Shown piece by piece: positions 51,350 to 61,640 of a DNA stretch of 64,000 nucleotides. The stretch is from positions 480,001-544,000 of the forward strand of contig CBDANF010000003.1 of assembly GCA_965197475.1 (NCBI GenBank), read 5' to 3'. The position numbers and the translations under genes are program-made. Position 1 is the first letter of the stretch. Each line of letters starts with the position of its first letter. The notes below the pieces were generated by a model, which was not told the DNA's origin, searched no databases, and worked only from the letters and a program-made list of their open reading frames with translations. This DNA comes from Candidatus Poribacteria bacterium. Lineage in GTDB: Bacteria; Poribacteria; WGA-4E; WGA-3G.

Positions 51350-53809
51350 TTATTCTGTGGGTTCTGTTGCGAGGAATTTCGGATTCTTTTTGATGTCGGG
51401 TGGGTACCGAATCTTCCAGATTTTGGTGAAGTCAAACCGCACCACTTTTTGATTTCTTATATCCTCTCTTTGGGTATATATGGGTTCAAACGCATCGGAA
51501 GGTTCTCCACGAATGTATAGTCGAACAATTAGACTGTTCCAACCGATGTGAGATAAGTAATATGCGTTGTGAAGTTTTCGTCTGGCATCTAAATAGAGAA
51601 CAACTCCGCCATTTATGTCATCCACGGTATTCGGTGATTTTTCTTTGAGGTAACCTATGAACGCTATATAGGGTAGTGTTACTTTTTGACCCTCTTTTGT
51701 GTGTGCTGTGAGGGTGAGCGGGGATTCCTCAAGTTCTATGTCTATCTTGTTGTATGGAGTATTATCAGTATTTATGAGTTGTTTTGTTTTTTCATTTTCT
51801 GTTTTTGTCAACTGTAGGGGTTGAGGTAAGAAAAATCTGTCTTTGTGTATATCACTCCCAAGTTCTGAAAAAATGTCCGTGTTGAGAACTTCCCTTTGAT
51901 TAAACATCAGGTGAGTTGCTTCGTGTGTGTATAGAAATTCTAATGCTTCTCTTTCAGATTGGGCTGCATAGACGTGTCGAAAAAAGAGATGAATCCAGTG
52001 GGGGCGGTAGTGGTCGGGACCAATAATTGTTTTGACTTCGCCGAGTACGTTGAGTTGATTTCCGTATTCCCAGTTTGCGGCGACTACATCGGTTTCTTCA
52101 AGCGTACTTTCAATCCATTTGATAGTTTTTGCCATCGGTCCGTCTCCGGGGAGCGGATTTCGGAAGTGAACTGCAGCGTGGCGTGACCATCTTGTGTGTG
52201 CCCCGGCAGGATACCAGAATAACAACAAGGATAACACTGCTACCGCGATGCTGGTCGTGAAAACAGTTTGTAGTCTCTTTGATTTTAAGAATGTGGGTGT
52301 GAACTGGAAACTTGCTATTTGTTCGCTGAGTGTCTTTGCAAGAGCGTGTATAACTACGGCAGTAAAGAAAGCGACGGCGACCCCTACAAAAAAATCGTAA
52401 CGTTTTGCGTCCCGTGCAAGTGCGACCCAACAGAAATACCAAGTGCAAAACGCGACGTAAAGAATGTCCTTTGGCAGATGTGTTTTGCGTTGCCATGCGT
52501 GTATCAGGAACCCGATGCCAACACTGCCAACAGCGGCAAAAAAGAGTGTGTTATCAAGCGGAGTTTCAAAAAGTTTCATGTAAAGTAAATGAACAGGTTC
52601 TCGGAAAAAAGTTATGAGGATAAACAGGCTGAGCGGTAGTGCCAAAAGGATATGTCCGAAACTGTTTCGGGGATGTATACTTGTGAGAAGGAACCCGATA
52701 CTGCCGCACAGAAAGACCCCACCGAACTTAATATACCAAAACTTGTAATTTGGACTTTGTAATTCCCCAATGCTTTGCATGAGTCGGTTTTGACTGAAAG
52801 GTAACAATGTGTCAAATGTGTTGAGTTTCATCAAAACAGTAAAGAGTGCAAGTGTAAGCGTGATAATTGTCAGAATAAGTGCGATGTTTCGGGAATGTTG
52901 TAAGAGATGTTTTGAAAACGGTGTTTTGGTGAGTATCAGATAGCGGCATGCGCGCATTGCCAATAGTGTTAGTGGCGGTATTATTACAAAGGTGAAGAGG
53001 TGTGTCGTAAAACCGCCGCCACCGCCACGATAGACAGGAGAACCGAGGATAAGCAGCGGCACGAATATTAACGTCCATAGGGCGTAGTATCCTAATCCTT
53101 CTTCTGTTTCGGAAGTAAGAAACCGCCAGAGTTCAACACTCATTATAATGAAGAGAAAAATGAAAAAACCTTCCCAAGATAACCCACCGATGCAGACACT
53201 GAGGCTACTTGCAAGTGTCCAAAAGAATCTGTGGCGAGAATGTTGTGTCTGGAGTGCTTGGAGATAAGTAGTTATTGCAAGGATGCCAATTAAGAGGCAC
53301 CAACTGTCTCGGTCACCAAAACCAGCTGCGCTGCGGTCAATTGTCCCAGGAAGCGTTGCTAACAACACACCGATGATGCCTGAAAAGAGTAACCCAAACT
53401 GATGATAAAAAAAGAGCATCAACACCCCGAGTCCAAGGATAAAACAGACCACCGGCATATAGACGCAAACATGATACAGTGAAACTTTTGGGAAGAAACG
53501 CGCGATTACTGTGTGGGAATATGCAAGCACATAACCATAGAAGGGAAGTGTCTCTGTCAAATCTTTGCCGATGGGAACCCAACGGGACATATCTCGGTCT
53601 GGCAGGGTGCCGTGTTCAGCGATGAGTTGAGCTTGATCATAAAAGAAATAGCCGTCGGTATCGGTAAATTGCTTGTCTGGGATTCGATCAACACCTTGAA
53701 TACGTATCCACAATGCTAAAAAGAGAAGGCTGCTACACAGCAGAAGTGCTGCACACCGGGACAGTGTAAAAACATTTTGAAGGTGTGATATGAGAGGCTT
53801 TCCATCCAT
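51350..53809 (-). CDS. STT3/AglB-like oligosaccharyltransferase-fold membrane protein
   Basis: DTDGY, RS..GFGDRD, SIGEL, many TM segments, NWEYG in place of WWDYG. Confidence 0.75.
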   Translation of the reverse strand: MDGKPLISHLQNVFTLSRCAALLLCSSLLFLALWIRIQGVDRIPDKQFTDTDGYFFYDQAQLIAEHGTLPDRDMSRWVPIGKDLTETLPFYGYVLAYSHTVIARFFPKVSLYHVCVYMPVVCFILGLGVLMLFFYHQFGLLFSGIIGVLLATLPGTIDRSAAGFGDRDSWCLLIGILAITTYLQALQTQHSRHRFFWTLASSLSVCIGGLSWEGFFIFLFIIMSVELWRFLTSETEEGLGYYALWTLIFVPLLILGSPVYRGGGGGFTTHLFTFVIIPPLTLLAMRACRYLILTKTPFSKHLLQHSRNIALILTIITLTLALFTVLMKLNTFDTLLPFSQNRLMQSIGELQSPNYKFWYIKFGGVFLCGSIGFLLTSIHPRNSFGHILLALPLSLFILITFFREPVHLLYMKLFETPLDNTLFFAAVGSVGIGFLIHAWQRKTHLPKDILYVAFCTWYFCWVALARDAKRYDFFVGVAVAFFTAVVIHALAKTLSEQIASFQFTPTFLKSKRLQTVFTTSIAVAVLSLLLFWYPAGAHTRWSRHAAVHFRNPLPGDGPMAKTIKWIESTLEETDVVAANWEYGNQLNVLGEVKTIIGPDHYRPHWIHLFFRHVYAAQSEREALEFLYTHEATHLMFNQREVLNTDIFSELGSDIHKDRFFLPQPLQLTKTENEKTKQLINTDNTPYNKIDIELEESPLTLTAHTKEGQKVTLPYIAFIGYLKEKSPNTVDDINGGVVLYLDARRKLHNAYYLSHIGWNSLIVRLYIRGEPSDAFEPIYTQREDIRNQKVVRFDFTKIWKIRYPPDIKKNPKFLATEPTE

Positions 53810-53866
53810 ATTTTAGTATAGGACAGCAGTACTTGCGATTGAGGTTTGCTGCTGTCTTGTTGAGTT

Positions 53867-54841
53867 TTATTTTGTATTGCGTGTTTTGAGTTTGCCCCAG
53901 ACGGTTGTCAGTCGGTTTGTGGGTTCAACGGCGAACGTTGTGTTTCCGAAAACATAACCTGCTAGTCCTTTTTCAATCATGTCCTCCATACCCTCCAAAA
54001 TTTGTTCAGGAGATCCACTATCAATGTGGATTACGAAATGCCGTCTAATCCTAGTCTGCATATCTTTTATTCCATATACGAGATACTTTTCCGTAGGCCA
54101 TTTGAGACCAAAGAATCTGTGGTTTTCAAGGTCGATCATGAACAGTTGAGGATGCAGTGTCTCAAGCGAAATTATGTCAAGCTCAACACCAGGTTCAAGA
54201 ATAGGATGGTGAATAAAAGCGAGTGTTTTGCCATCCGGTGAGAAAGCGGGATACATTTTGTCTTTGGTGATCAGTGAATCTTCTCCGGTGAGGAGATTGT
54301 AAAGAAAAAGACCTTTGCCAGTTAGATAAATGAACTGCTCTCCATCGGGTGACCAACGGATAAAATCTATCGAACCTTCTTTTAATAGTGTGGCTTGAGG
54401 ATTTACTTTCTTTATTTCATCATTTGACATGAGATAGATCCCTGTAATCACATCTGGAAAGAAATTTATTATGAAGTTCTCGAACAGTATATCCCCGTTA
54501 GGTGAGATGTCAACATACGAAGTCGCATTAAATCTATTCTCTGTTAGGTTGCGTGCTCCTTTCCTCAGTTGATTTCTATTAATAAGGTAAAGGTCAGAGT
54601 CAATAGGTCCTGCAGAAATGACGATGAAGGGACCATCTTTTTGAACGGCGTAATCGTGGATTGTCCATTCATGTTGATAAAACAGACGTGCCTTCTTTGC
54701 GTTCTCAATATGGGTAATCCAAAGTTCGTTGTAAACATTCCCTGGATATTGAAAGAAAACTTCCCCCGTGAAATCGGCATGTGCCGCAAGTAGAAGTAGA
54801 AAAACTATACATAAACAGAGACATTTAATAAAGGACTTCAT
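53867..54841 (-). CDS. Secreted TolB/PD40-like beta-propeller protein
   Basis: Signal peptide; WSPDG and PAFSPDG; AVEPTNRLTTVWGKLK tail. Confidence 0.75.
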   Translation of the reverse strand: MKSFIKCLCLCIVFLLLLAAHADFTGEVFFQYPGNVYNELWITHIENAKKARLFYQHEWTIHDYAVQKDGPFIVISAGPIDSDLYLINRNQLRKGARNLTENRFNATSYVDISPNGDILFENFIINFFPDVITGIYLMSNDEIKKVNPQATLLKEGSIDFIRWSPDGEQFIYLTGKGLFLYNLLTGEDSLITKDKMYPAFSPDGKTLAFIHHPILEPGVELDIISLETLHPQLFMIDLENHRFFGLKWPTEKYLVYGIKDMQTRIRRHFVIHIDSGSPEQILEGMEDMIEKGLAGYVFGNTTFAVEPTNRLTTVWGKLKTRNTK

Positions 54842-55042
54842 GATAACTCCTATTGTTTTGTGGGTTTTTTCTTAGGATTTTCCATTTTCATTGGGAACAC
54901 GCCTAAATCAATAATTTTCCCGGTTCAACGGCGCGTTTGGCATGTTCCAAGAGGTGTTTGGCGCGCTATGGTATTAGTATCAGCAGGACGGACGCAAATT
55001 GAGCAGAAAAAGGAAATATTGGACTTAAAAAGTCGTTATTTC

Positions 55043-55106
55043 GGTGTTTTTAACCCCCTAAGTCCCCCTTATCAAGGGGACTTTTGAACCAACTGCGTAA
55101 GTCCTA
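55043..55106 (-). repeat. Half copy of the AGGACTTACGCA MITE, overlapping the stop codon of 55104-56093
   Basis: Minus strand TAGGACTTACGCA...AAAAGTCCCCTTGATAAGGGGGA.TTAGGGGGTTAAAA. Confidence 0.75.
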
Positions 55107-56093
55107 CTTTAGTGTGTGTGTTTTCAACTTTCCCCAGACGGTTGTCAATCGGTTTGCGGGTTCAACGGCGAACGTTGTGTTTCCGAAAACATAACCTGTT
55201 AGTCCTTTTTCAATCATGTCCTCCATATCCTCCAAAATTTGTTCAGGAGGTCCACCATCAATGTGGATTACGTAATGCCTACTAATCTTATTCTTTCTAT
55301 CGTCTATTCCATAGACTAAATAGTTTTCCGCAGGCCATTTGAGACCAAAGAATCTGTGGTTTTCAAGGTCGATCATGAACAGTTGAGGATGCAGTGTCTC
55401 AAGTGAAATTACGTCAATCTCAATCCCAGGTTCAAGAGTGGGTTGGTGAATAAAAGCGAGTGTTTTACCATCTGGTGAGAAAACGGGATACAAAGGGGGA
55501 TTCAATTTGTCCTTGATGATCAGTGTATCTTCTCCTGTGAGGAGATTGTAAAGAAAAAGGCCGCTGCCAGTTAGATAAAGGAACTGCTTGCTATCGGGCG
55601 ACCAACGGACAAAATATATTGACCCTTTTTTTAATAGTGTCGCTTGTGGATTCACTTTTTTGATTTCATCACTCGGCATGAGATAGAGCCCTTCAATCAC
55701 CTCTGGGGGCCGACCTGTGTCTGAGTTTGTAAAGAGTATATCTCCGTTGGGTGAGATTCTAACTTTCCAGGTTGCATCAAATCTATTGTTTGTTAGGTTG
55801 CGTGGTTCTGCTCTTAGCCGATTTCTATCTATAAGGTAAATGTCAGAAGTCGGTCCTGCAGAAATGGCGATGAGAGGACCATCTTTCTGTATGGAATAAG
55901 TGTTAATGATCTCTCTCTCATTGTGTTTATAAAGCAGCCGTGCGTTCTTTGCGTTCTCAATACGGGTAATCCAAAGTTCGTTCCAATCATTGCCTCGATT
56001 TCTAAAGATAACTTCCCCCGTGAACTTTGCATGTGTTGCAAATGGCAGTAGAAAAGCGATACATAAACAGAGGCATTTAATAAAGTTTTTCAT
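55104..56093 (-). CDS. Secreted TolB/PD40-like beta-propeller protein (paralogue of 53867-54841)
   Basis: High similarity to its neighbour over the full length. Confidence 0.75.
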   Translation of the reverse strand: MKNFIKCLCLCIAFLLPFATHAKFTGEVIFRNRGNDWNELWITRIENAKNARLLYKHNEREIINTYSIQKDGPLIAISAGPTSDIYLIDRNRLRAEPRNLTNNRFDATWKVRISPNGDILFTNSDTGRPPEVIEGLYLMPSDEIKKVNPQATLLKKGSIYFVRWSPDSKQFLYLTGSGLFLYNLLTGEDTLIIKDKLNPPLYPVFSPDGKTLAFIHQPTLEPGIEIDVISLETLHPQLFMIDLENHRFFGLKWPAENYLVYGIDDRKNKISRHYVIHIDGGPPEQILEDMEDMIEKGLTGYVFGNTTFAVEPANRLTTVWGKLKTHTLK

Positions 56094-56412
56094 GATAACT
56101 CCTATTTTTCAGTGGGTATATTCGTAGGGTTTTCCATTTCCATTGGGAACTCGCCTAAATCAATAATTTCTCTTTTGTCTTTAGGTAAAAGATGGGGTGA
56201 TTTTCCGAAGTTATAACGAACTTTTATCTGTGTTTCATCAATACGTTCAAGGTGCCTCAGTTTTGATAAAAATGGAAACTGCGTAAGTTCTACTATTATT
56301 GTGTGACATGCCACAGTAACGTGTCTGTTATGAAAGTTTCCCATGTGTAGCGAAGGATAACAAATTTAACCAGGTTTTTCATGCCATTTTCACCGTAAAT
56401 AAACCTATTAAA

Positions 56413-57036
56413 TCACAAAACCTTTTCAATTACCTGCAAAATAGTTTCTGCCTCAAATCCGCGCCGTGCCAGAAACCCGTGTAGCCGTCGTTTCGCAACA
56501 TGCATTGGTAAATTTTTATACTTTTTTGATTGTTTTTGTGCAATTTGTAGTGCTAACCGTGCCTCGTCCTCAGCCTTAACTTCAGCAACAACTTGCTCCG
56601 CTGTTTCTCGGTCAACGCCTTTGTCAATGAGTTCCTGTTTTAGCACCGTTCGCCCGCGAGGATTTGATTTCTGCCTACGGAGTATCCATTTCTCTGCATA
56701 CTGCCGGTCGCGAATATGTCCTGAATAGATTAACTCTGCGATGATTGTCTCAACCGTTTGTTCTCTATACCCTTCACGTTCAAGTTGCTGAGTCATTTGG
56801 GTTTTGCTGTAAATGTTTTCACGTAGTAAATTGAGTGCATAATTTTTCGCTTGCATCACTTCATCAGCTGCGATGATTTTTTCAATGACCTGCGGTTCAA
56901 TTTCTAAACCGATTCGCAGCCCAAATTTTTCAACCAGACTCGAATGAATTACGACAGAAGGTTTCTTGTCCAAAAAGAGTTGTTGATGTAAAGGCAGTTT
57001 GCTATGCGGTTGAATATCGGTAATTTTTTGCTTCAT
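56413..57036 (-). CDS. recX: Regulatory protein RecX
   Basis: AKNYAL.LL, D..YA, PRG...LKQEL..KGV, FLARRGF. Confidence 0.85.
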   Translation of the reverse strand: MKQKITDIQPHSKLPLHQQLFLDKKPSVVIHSSLVEKFGLRIGLEIEPQVIEKIIAADEVMQAKNYALNLLRENIYSKTQMTQQLEREGYREQTVETIIAELIYSGHIRDRQYAEKWILRRQKSNPRGRTVLKQELIDKGVDRETAEQVVAEVKAEDEARLALQIAQKQSKKYKNLPMHVAKRRLHGFLARRGFEAETILQVIEKVL

Positions 57037-57169
57037 GTGTTTTAGGAAGCACGTTGAGTTTTCGTAACGTTGTGTCCTGCACAATGTATAGATGGATACG
57101 AAATTCGCCTATACATCCACTTTACTGATGGCTCCTGTCTAAACTTAAAGTGAGTAAAAATAACAGGAT

Positions 57170-57802
57170 TTATCCTCTGCCATTGCTGCCTGCCCAAAGT
57201 GCGCCGCGCTGAAGAAGGGTACCAAACATTTCATGTTGACATGCTGCGGGATCGTGACCGAGTGCAAGGTAGAAAACCTTACCTTTTCCCCAATTCTTTG
57301 TCCATGCAACCGGCATCGCGCCGCCTTTCCATAAGGCTGAAGCGAGCACATGATTGCGCGGATCGTAATCAAGGATATATTGTTCATCTTTCACAACAAA
57401 TTCGTCAAGACCTTGCGTAATTTCATGTTCACTATCCACTATACTGACCTGATAATCACGATAGCGGGGATGCGTAGTAAAGTATCCGCCGACCATTGAA
57501 CGATATTCTGGGCATCCACGGAAAGAATCGGCAGCTGAATGTATACCGACGTAGCCTTTTCCTGAAGCGACGTGGTTTAGCAACCCGTTCTTCTGCGCAT
57601 CAGAAATTTCGCCAACCGTATAATAAAAAACGATGAGGTCATACGGATCCAAGTTTGGCGATACCAGCGCGTCAAGATCGTCCTCAATTTTGGTAATTTC
57701 AAACTCGTCTCGTTGTGAGAGAGATTTCTCAATTTCTTCGCCACAGCCTTTCCAGTTGTGAATTGCACCGCCTGCAAAGACAAGTATATTAATTTTTGCC
57801 AT
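57170..57802 (-). CDS. ThuA-like (class I glutamine amidotransferase-like) protein
   Basis: G.GYVGIHSA, GGYF..HP, DEQY, WTK.WG.GKVFY.ALGH. Confidence 0.85.
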   Translation of the reverse strand: MAKINILVFAGGAIHNWKGCGEEIEKSLSQRDEFEITKIEDDLDALVSPNLDPYDLIVFYYTVGEISDAQKNGLLNHVASGKGYVGIHSAADSFRGCPEYRSMVGGYFTTHPRYRDYQVSIVDSEHEITQGLDEFVVKDEQYILDYDPRNHVLASALWKGGAMPVAWTKNWGKGKVFYLALGHDPAACQHEMFGTLLQRGALWAGSNGRG

Positions 57803-57831
57803 TTATAGCCTCCTTGATGTATAATAGTGGT

Positions 57832-57921
57832 ATTATATCATAAATATATCAAAATTACAAACAGCGTAAAAAAATGCAAATCCTTCGTAATTTTGACAGA
57901 TAATTGATTTCGTGATAAACT
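57832..57921. promoter_or_regulatory. Divergent sigma70 promoter pair
   Basis: Minus: TTGTAA(57860-57855)-17-TATAAT(57837-57832). Plus: TTGACA(57893-57898)-17-TAAACT(57916-57921). Confidence 0.55.
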
Positions 57922-57958
57922 ATTGCAACTGAACATTGTGAATTGAGAAAGGATTTGT

Positions 57959-58536
57959 ATGGCTTACAGAGAACTCGCAACGAAAAAACCTTTTATTGTT
58001 AACAAAAACCTCGGTAGTGCAATTGAGGTAGAAGTTGAGAGCACAAACCTTTTTTATCGTACCCCTGGCATGGGCGGATTTGGACCTCATAACGGCAACG
58101 GGTTGCTCCGTTTCCCTGGCGATGTCCACTACTATAACGCATTCCCCGGCAAAGGGTATAGTCCGCACACTCACATTGTGTGGGAACTGAATGAGGTGAA
58201 AAAAGGACAGGGTGGAACACTATTGGTGACAGGCAGTCATAAATCTGTTACACAGCACCCTCTGAAATTCAAAATCCAGATTCGGATATCTGGAGTACTT
58301 ATGGATGTCCACCGGGTTCACTTCTCTTTTTTACGGAAGCATTGACGCATAGCGCAAATCCTTGGACAAATACCGATAATGACAGAATAGCGATTTTTAA
58401 TCTATATAGTCCTGTTGACAGTGGCTATGCAAGGGTGTATAAGCCTCACCCAAAATTACTTGAAGCGATGCCACCGTTGCGACGTACCCTGTTCCGAAAT
58501 CGGTATGTAGTGGACAACCTAAATGGTAATGCATAG
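57959..58536 (+). pseudogene. Frameshifted phytanoyl-CoA dioxygenase (PhyH) family gene
   Basis: VWELNEV..GQGGTL.VTGSHK in one frame continues as YTAPSEIQNPDSDIW...PPGSLLFFTEALTH..W...DR in another, with the shift at ~58248. Confidence 0.75.
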
Positions 58537-58564
58537 CGTTTTACAATATTGAAAGGAGATAGTT

Positions 58565-59941
58565 TTGGCAACAACTCAACCTAACGTCTTGTGGATATAC
58601 GGTGAAGACCTTTCACCAGATTTGGGATGTTACGGAACACCCGCCGTAGACACACCAAATATTGACCGTCTTGCTAAAGAAGGCACACGTTTTTCGAACG
58701 CTTTTGTGACCTGTGCAGTCTGTTCGCCGAGTCGTTCAGCATTGATTACAGGTACATATCAAACCCATTTTGATGCACATAACCATCGAAGTAACCGAGA
58801 AAAGCCGTTGCGGGATGATATGAAACTCATCACCGATTGTTTCCGAGAGGCTGGATATTTCACCTGCAACAGTCCCGGGCCACCCTATAATCGTCGGGGC
58901 AAAACAGATTTTAACTTTCAACGTGCGAATCCTTTTGATGGAATTGATTGGCATGAACGAGCTGAAGGACAACCTTTTTATGCCCAAATCAATATTCCTG
59001 ATACACATCGCGTTTTTAAACCGGATCCGCAACGACCAATCGATCCTGATGATGTCGAATTGCCTCCTTATTATCCTGACCATCCACTTACTCGCAAGGA
59101 TTGGGCACTCTATCTTGAAAGTATTCAGATTTTAGATCGAAAGGTAGGTGAAATTCTCAAACGTCTGGACGATGAAGGTCTTGCTGAAAACACGATCGTC
59201 TTTTTTATCAGCGATCATGGACGCGCGCATATTCGGTGCAAGCAATTTCTCTACGATGGCGGTATCCACATTCCTTTGATTGTGAGATGGCTAGGTAATA
59301 TTGGATCAGGGGTTGTCAGTGACGAACTCGTCAGCGGTGTTGATTTTACGCCGACAACTCTCTCTCTTGCAGGAATTGATATTCCGAACTATGTTCAAGG
59401 ACAAATCTTCCTGGGCTCTGATGCAACATCGCGTGATGCAATCTTCGCTGCACGTGACCGATGCGATGGAACCGATGATCGTATTCGCTGCATACGGACG
59501 CACCGCTATAAACTTATCCGAAATTATTATCCTGAACTGCCTTATATGCAATTTAACGGCTATAAAAAACTGCAGTATCCCGTCTGGACGTTGATCCGTA
59601 TCTTGTCCGAAAAAGGCGAATTGTCTGAAGCACAACAGCATTTCGTGCAACAGACTCGTCCTCCCGAAGAACTCTATGATTTACAGACAGACCCACATGA
59701 AGTAAACAATCTTATAGGTGAAAAACGTTATGAATCTGTGCAAAACGATTTAAGCTCTCAATTAGATGCGTGGATAAAAGCAACAGGGGATATGGGAGAA
59801 ACCCCTGATTCTGATGAAGTTACCACCTATTGGGATGAAAACATGGCGGAAAGTTATAGAAATAGTATGGAAAAGAGAGAGCTTTCACCGGATATAAGTG
59901 ATGCTGACTATCTTGCTTGGTGGGAGAACAAACTCTTGTAG
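58565..59941 (+). CDS. Sulfatase (Cys-type)
   Basis: PNVLWI..EDL, CSPSRSALITG, SDHG, EELYDL..DPHE; TTG start after AAGGAG. Confidence 0.93.
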   Translation: MATTQPNVLWIYGEDLSPDLGCYGTPAVDTPNIDRLAKEGTRFSNAFVTCAVCSPSRSALITGTYQTHFDAHNHRSNREKPLRDDMKLITDCFREAGYFTCNSPGPPYNRRGKTDFNFQRANPFDGIDWHERAEGQPFYAQINIPDTHRVFKPDPQRPIDPDDVELPPYYPDHPLTRKDWALYLESIQILDRKVGEILKRLDDEGLAENTIVFFISDHGRAHIRCKQFLYDGGIHIPLIVRWLGNIGSGVVSDELVSGVDFTPTTLSLAGIDIPNYVQGQIFLGSDATSRDAIFAARDRCDGTDDRIRCIRTHRYKLIRNYYPELPYMQFNGYKKLQYPVWTLIRILSEKGELSEAQQHFVQQTRPPEELYDLQTDPHEVNNLIGEKRYESVQNDLSSQLDAWIKATGDMGETPDSDEVTTYWDENMAESYRNSMEKRELSPDISDADYLAWWENKLL

Positions 59942-59953
59942 GCTGTTGTAACC

Positions 59954-61567
59954 TCAAAGGCGTTCTCCTGAAGGACGTTCCTGCATCACAGGTATAACAT
60001 AACTCCGAATCTTAAAATCTTCAATTTCTTCTGTCTCAGAACGTGGTGCTGGATTGGTGCGATGGTCAATAACAACATAGTAGCCCTCCGTTGCACCTTC
60101 CAACTTGAGATACGATGTGAGTTGCCTCTTACCTTTCTGATAGCTCACTTCGCCTCTCCACACCTTTGTTTCAACCACGTATTTTCGTTTATTGTGGGTA
60201 ATTAGCAGGTCCATCCTGCCGCGTCCTGTTTGCACCTCAATGTGCATAAATCCGCCTACCAACCGAACAAACTGCTCAAGGTACGCAAGGAGGAGATGTC
60301 GCCCCACAGATTCTTTCGGAGTATCTGGGACCTGCAGTATATTAAAACCAGCACGTGCAATGAAATCCCGGAAGTTATCAAGCAATGCCCCCATTTCAAT
60401 ATGTCCAGTCGTTGAGAGGTAATCAAGGAAACCGTCTCGGGTATCTTCAGGAAGATATTCCTGCTCTAACCCATTCACAGCAGGTTTGAAAGATTGTAAG
60501 ATACAATAAAAATAAATAGGGTTAGCAATTTCACACATACCATCTGTGCCTTGTTTTATAACGCCATAAGTCGCAAGTTCACTGATAAAATCATCGCGAA
60601 GATTGAAAGCCGGACCATCATCAGAAGCAGTGATTCTCATCAGGATACTTTCAAAGCGCGGATTCCTACGGATATTTGTTGTCAGATGTTCAATGTTAGT
60701 ATTTCGTTCATGGAGCAGCTGTGAGTGTGCTTGCGAAAAGTGTTCCATCGTAATTGAGTCGGTCTTTGGAATGTCAAGTTCATCAGTCAGTATTTGTGCC
60801 AATCGGTTGACGAGAAAAGGCTGACCTGCTGTCTGTTTGTGAATAGCCTCAATTACCTCTGGTGCAAAGGGTTGTCCAACTTCTTCCGTATACTGCTGTA
60901 GGAGTTCCCGCACTTGTTCAGGTGTGAAGTTCGGGAGGTAAAATTCATCCTGGATATTGAACGGAGAGATAGAGCGGTCATAATTGAGTTGTGCTATACT
61001 TTTTACGCCGACAATGCCTACGCTATGAGGACATCTTGGAGTGGAATTTGAAACATAAATTTTGCGGAGCGAATGAAGAAAGCCTACTACTGCTTCCTGG
61101 GGAATGCCGTCAAATTCGTCTATGATTAGAATTACCCGCTGCACACCAAATTCAGAGTTAAGGAAACTTTCAAACTTACTAAAAAATCTTAGCATTGAGA
61201 GATGATCGGTTATCTCCGTAGTTTCCAAAAATTGATGAAGTGTATCTGAGGGAAGGTGTCCTTTTCTCTCAAATACCTTCTCAATTTCTTCGCAAATATC
61301 TTGGTATAGGTAGTCGTAAAATGTTGATAGCGTGCAGCCTTCATATACCTCAAAATTCAGCGGAATTGGGAAGTAAGTCGGTTCGCTGTCTGTGAATACA
61401 TTCAGCGCATTTTGAAAGAAGGTGGTTTTGCCAGTCTGACGCGGTGCAAAGATAACGATATAGCACCCGTCTTTGACGCGCGCAATGAAATCATTAAGTT
61501 CCGCAGAACGACTGACAACATAGTTTTTCTCTGGATGAACTGGACCTTGTGTTCCGAAACGTCTCAT
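59954..61567 (-). CDS. AAA-like ATPase with C-terminal PD-(D/E)xK-type domain
   Basis: APRQTGKT, IIDEFD, SPFNI, GQPFLVN, GRMDLL...VETK...QL..YL. Confidence 0.85.
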   Translation of the reverse strand: MRRFGTQGPVHPEKNYVVSRSAELNDFIARVKDGCYIVIFAPRQTGKTTFFQNALNVFTDSEPTYFPIPLNFEVYEGCTLSTFYDYLYQDICEEIEKVFERKGHLPSDTLHQFLETTEITDHLSMLRFFSKFESFLNSEFGVQRVILIIDEFDGIPQEAVVGFLHSLRKIYVSNSTPRCPHSVGIVGVKSIAQLNYDRSISPFNIQDEFYLPNFTPEQVRELLQQYTEEVGQPFAPEVIEAIHKQTAGQPFLVNRLAQILTDELDIPKTDSITMEHFSQAHSQLLHERNTNIEHLTTNIRRNPRFESILMRITASDDGPAFNLRDDFISELATYGVIKQGTDGMCEIANPIYFYCILQSFKPAVNGLEQEYLPEDTRDGFLDYLSTTGHIEMGALLDNFRDFIARAGFNILQVPDTPKESVGRHLLLAYLEQFVRLVGGFMHIEVQTGRGRMDLLITHNKRKYVVETKVWRGEVSYQKGKRQLTSYLKLEGATEGYYVVIDHRTNPAPRSETEEIEDFKIRSYVIPVMQERPSGERL

Positions 61568-61640
61568 TTTGTATTCCTAATCTATAGTATTTCACAGAGA
61601 TAAGGATACCATAGGGATATATGATTGTCAAGAGGGTGTT

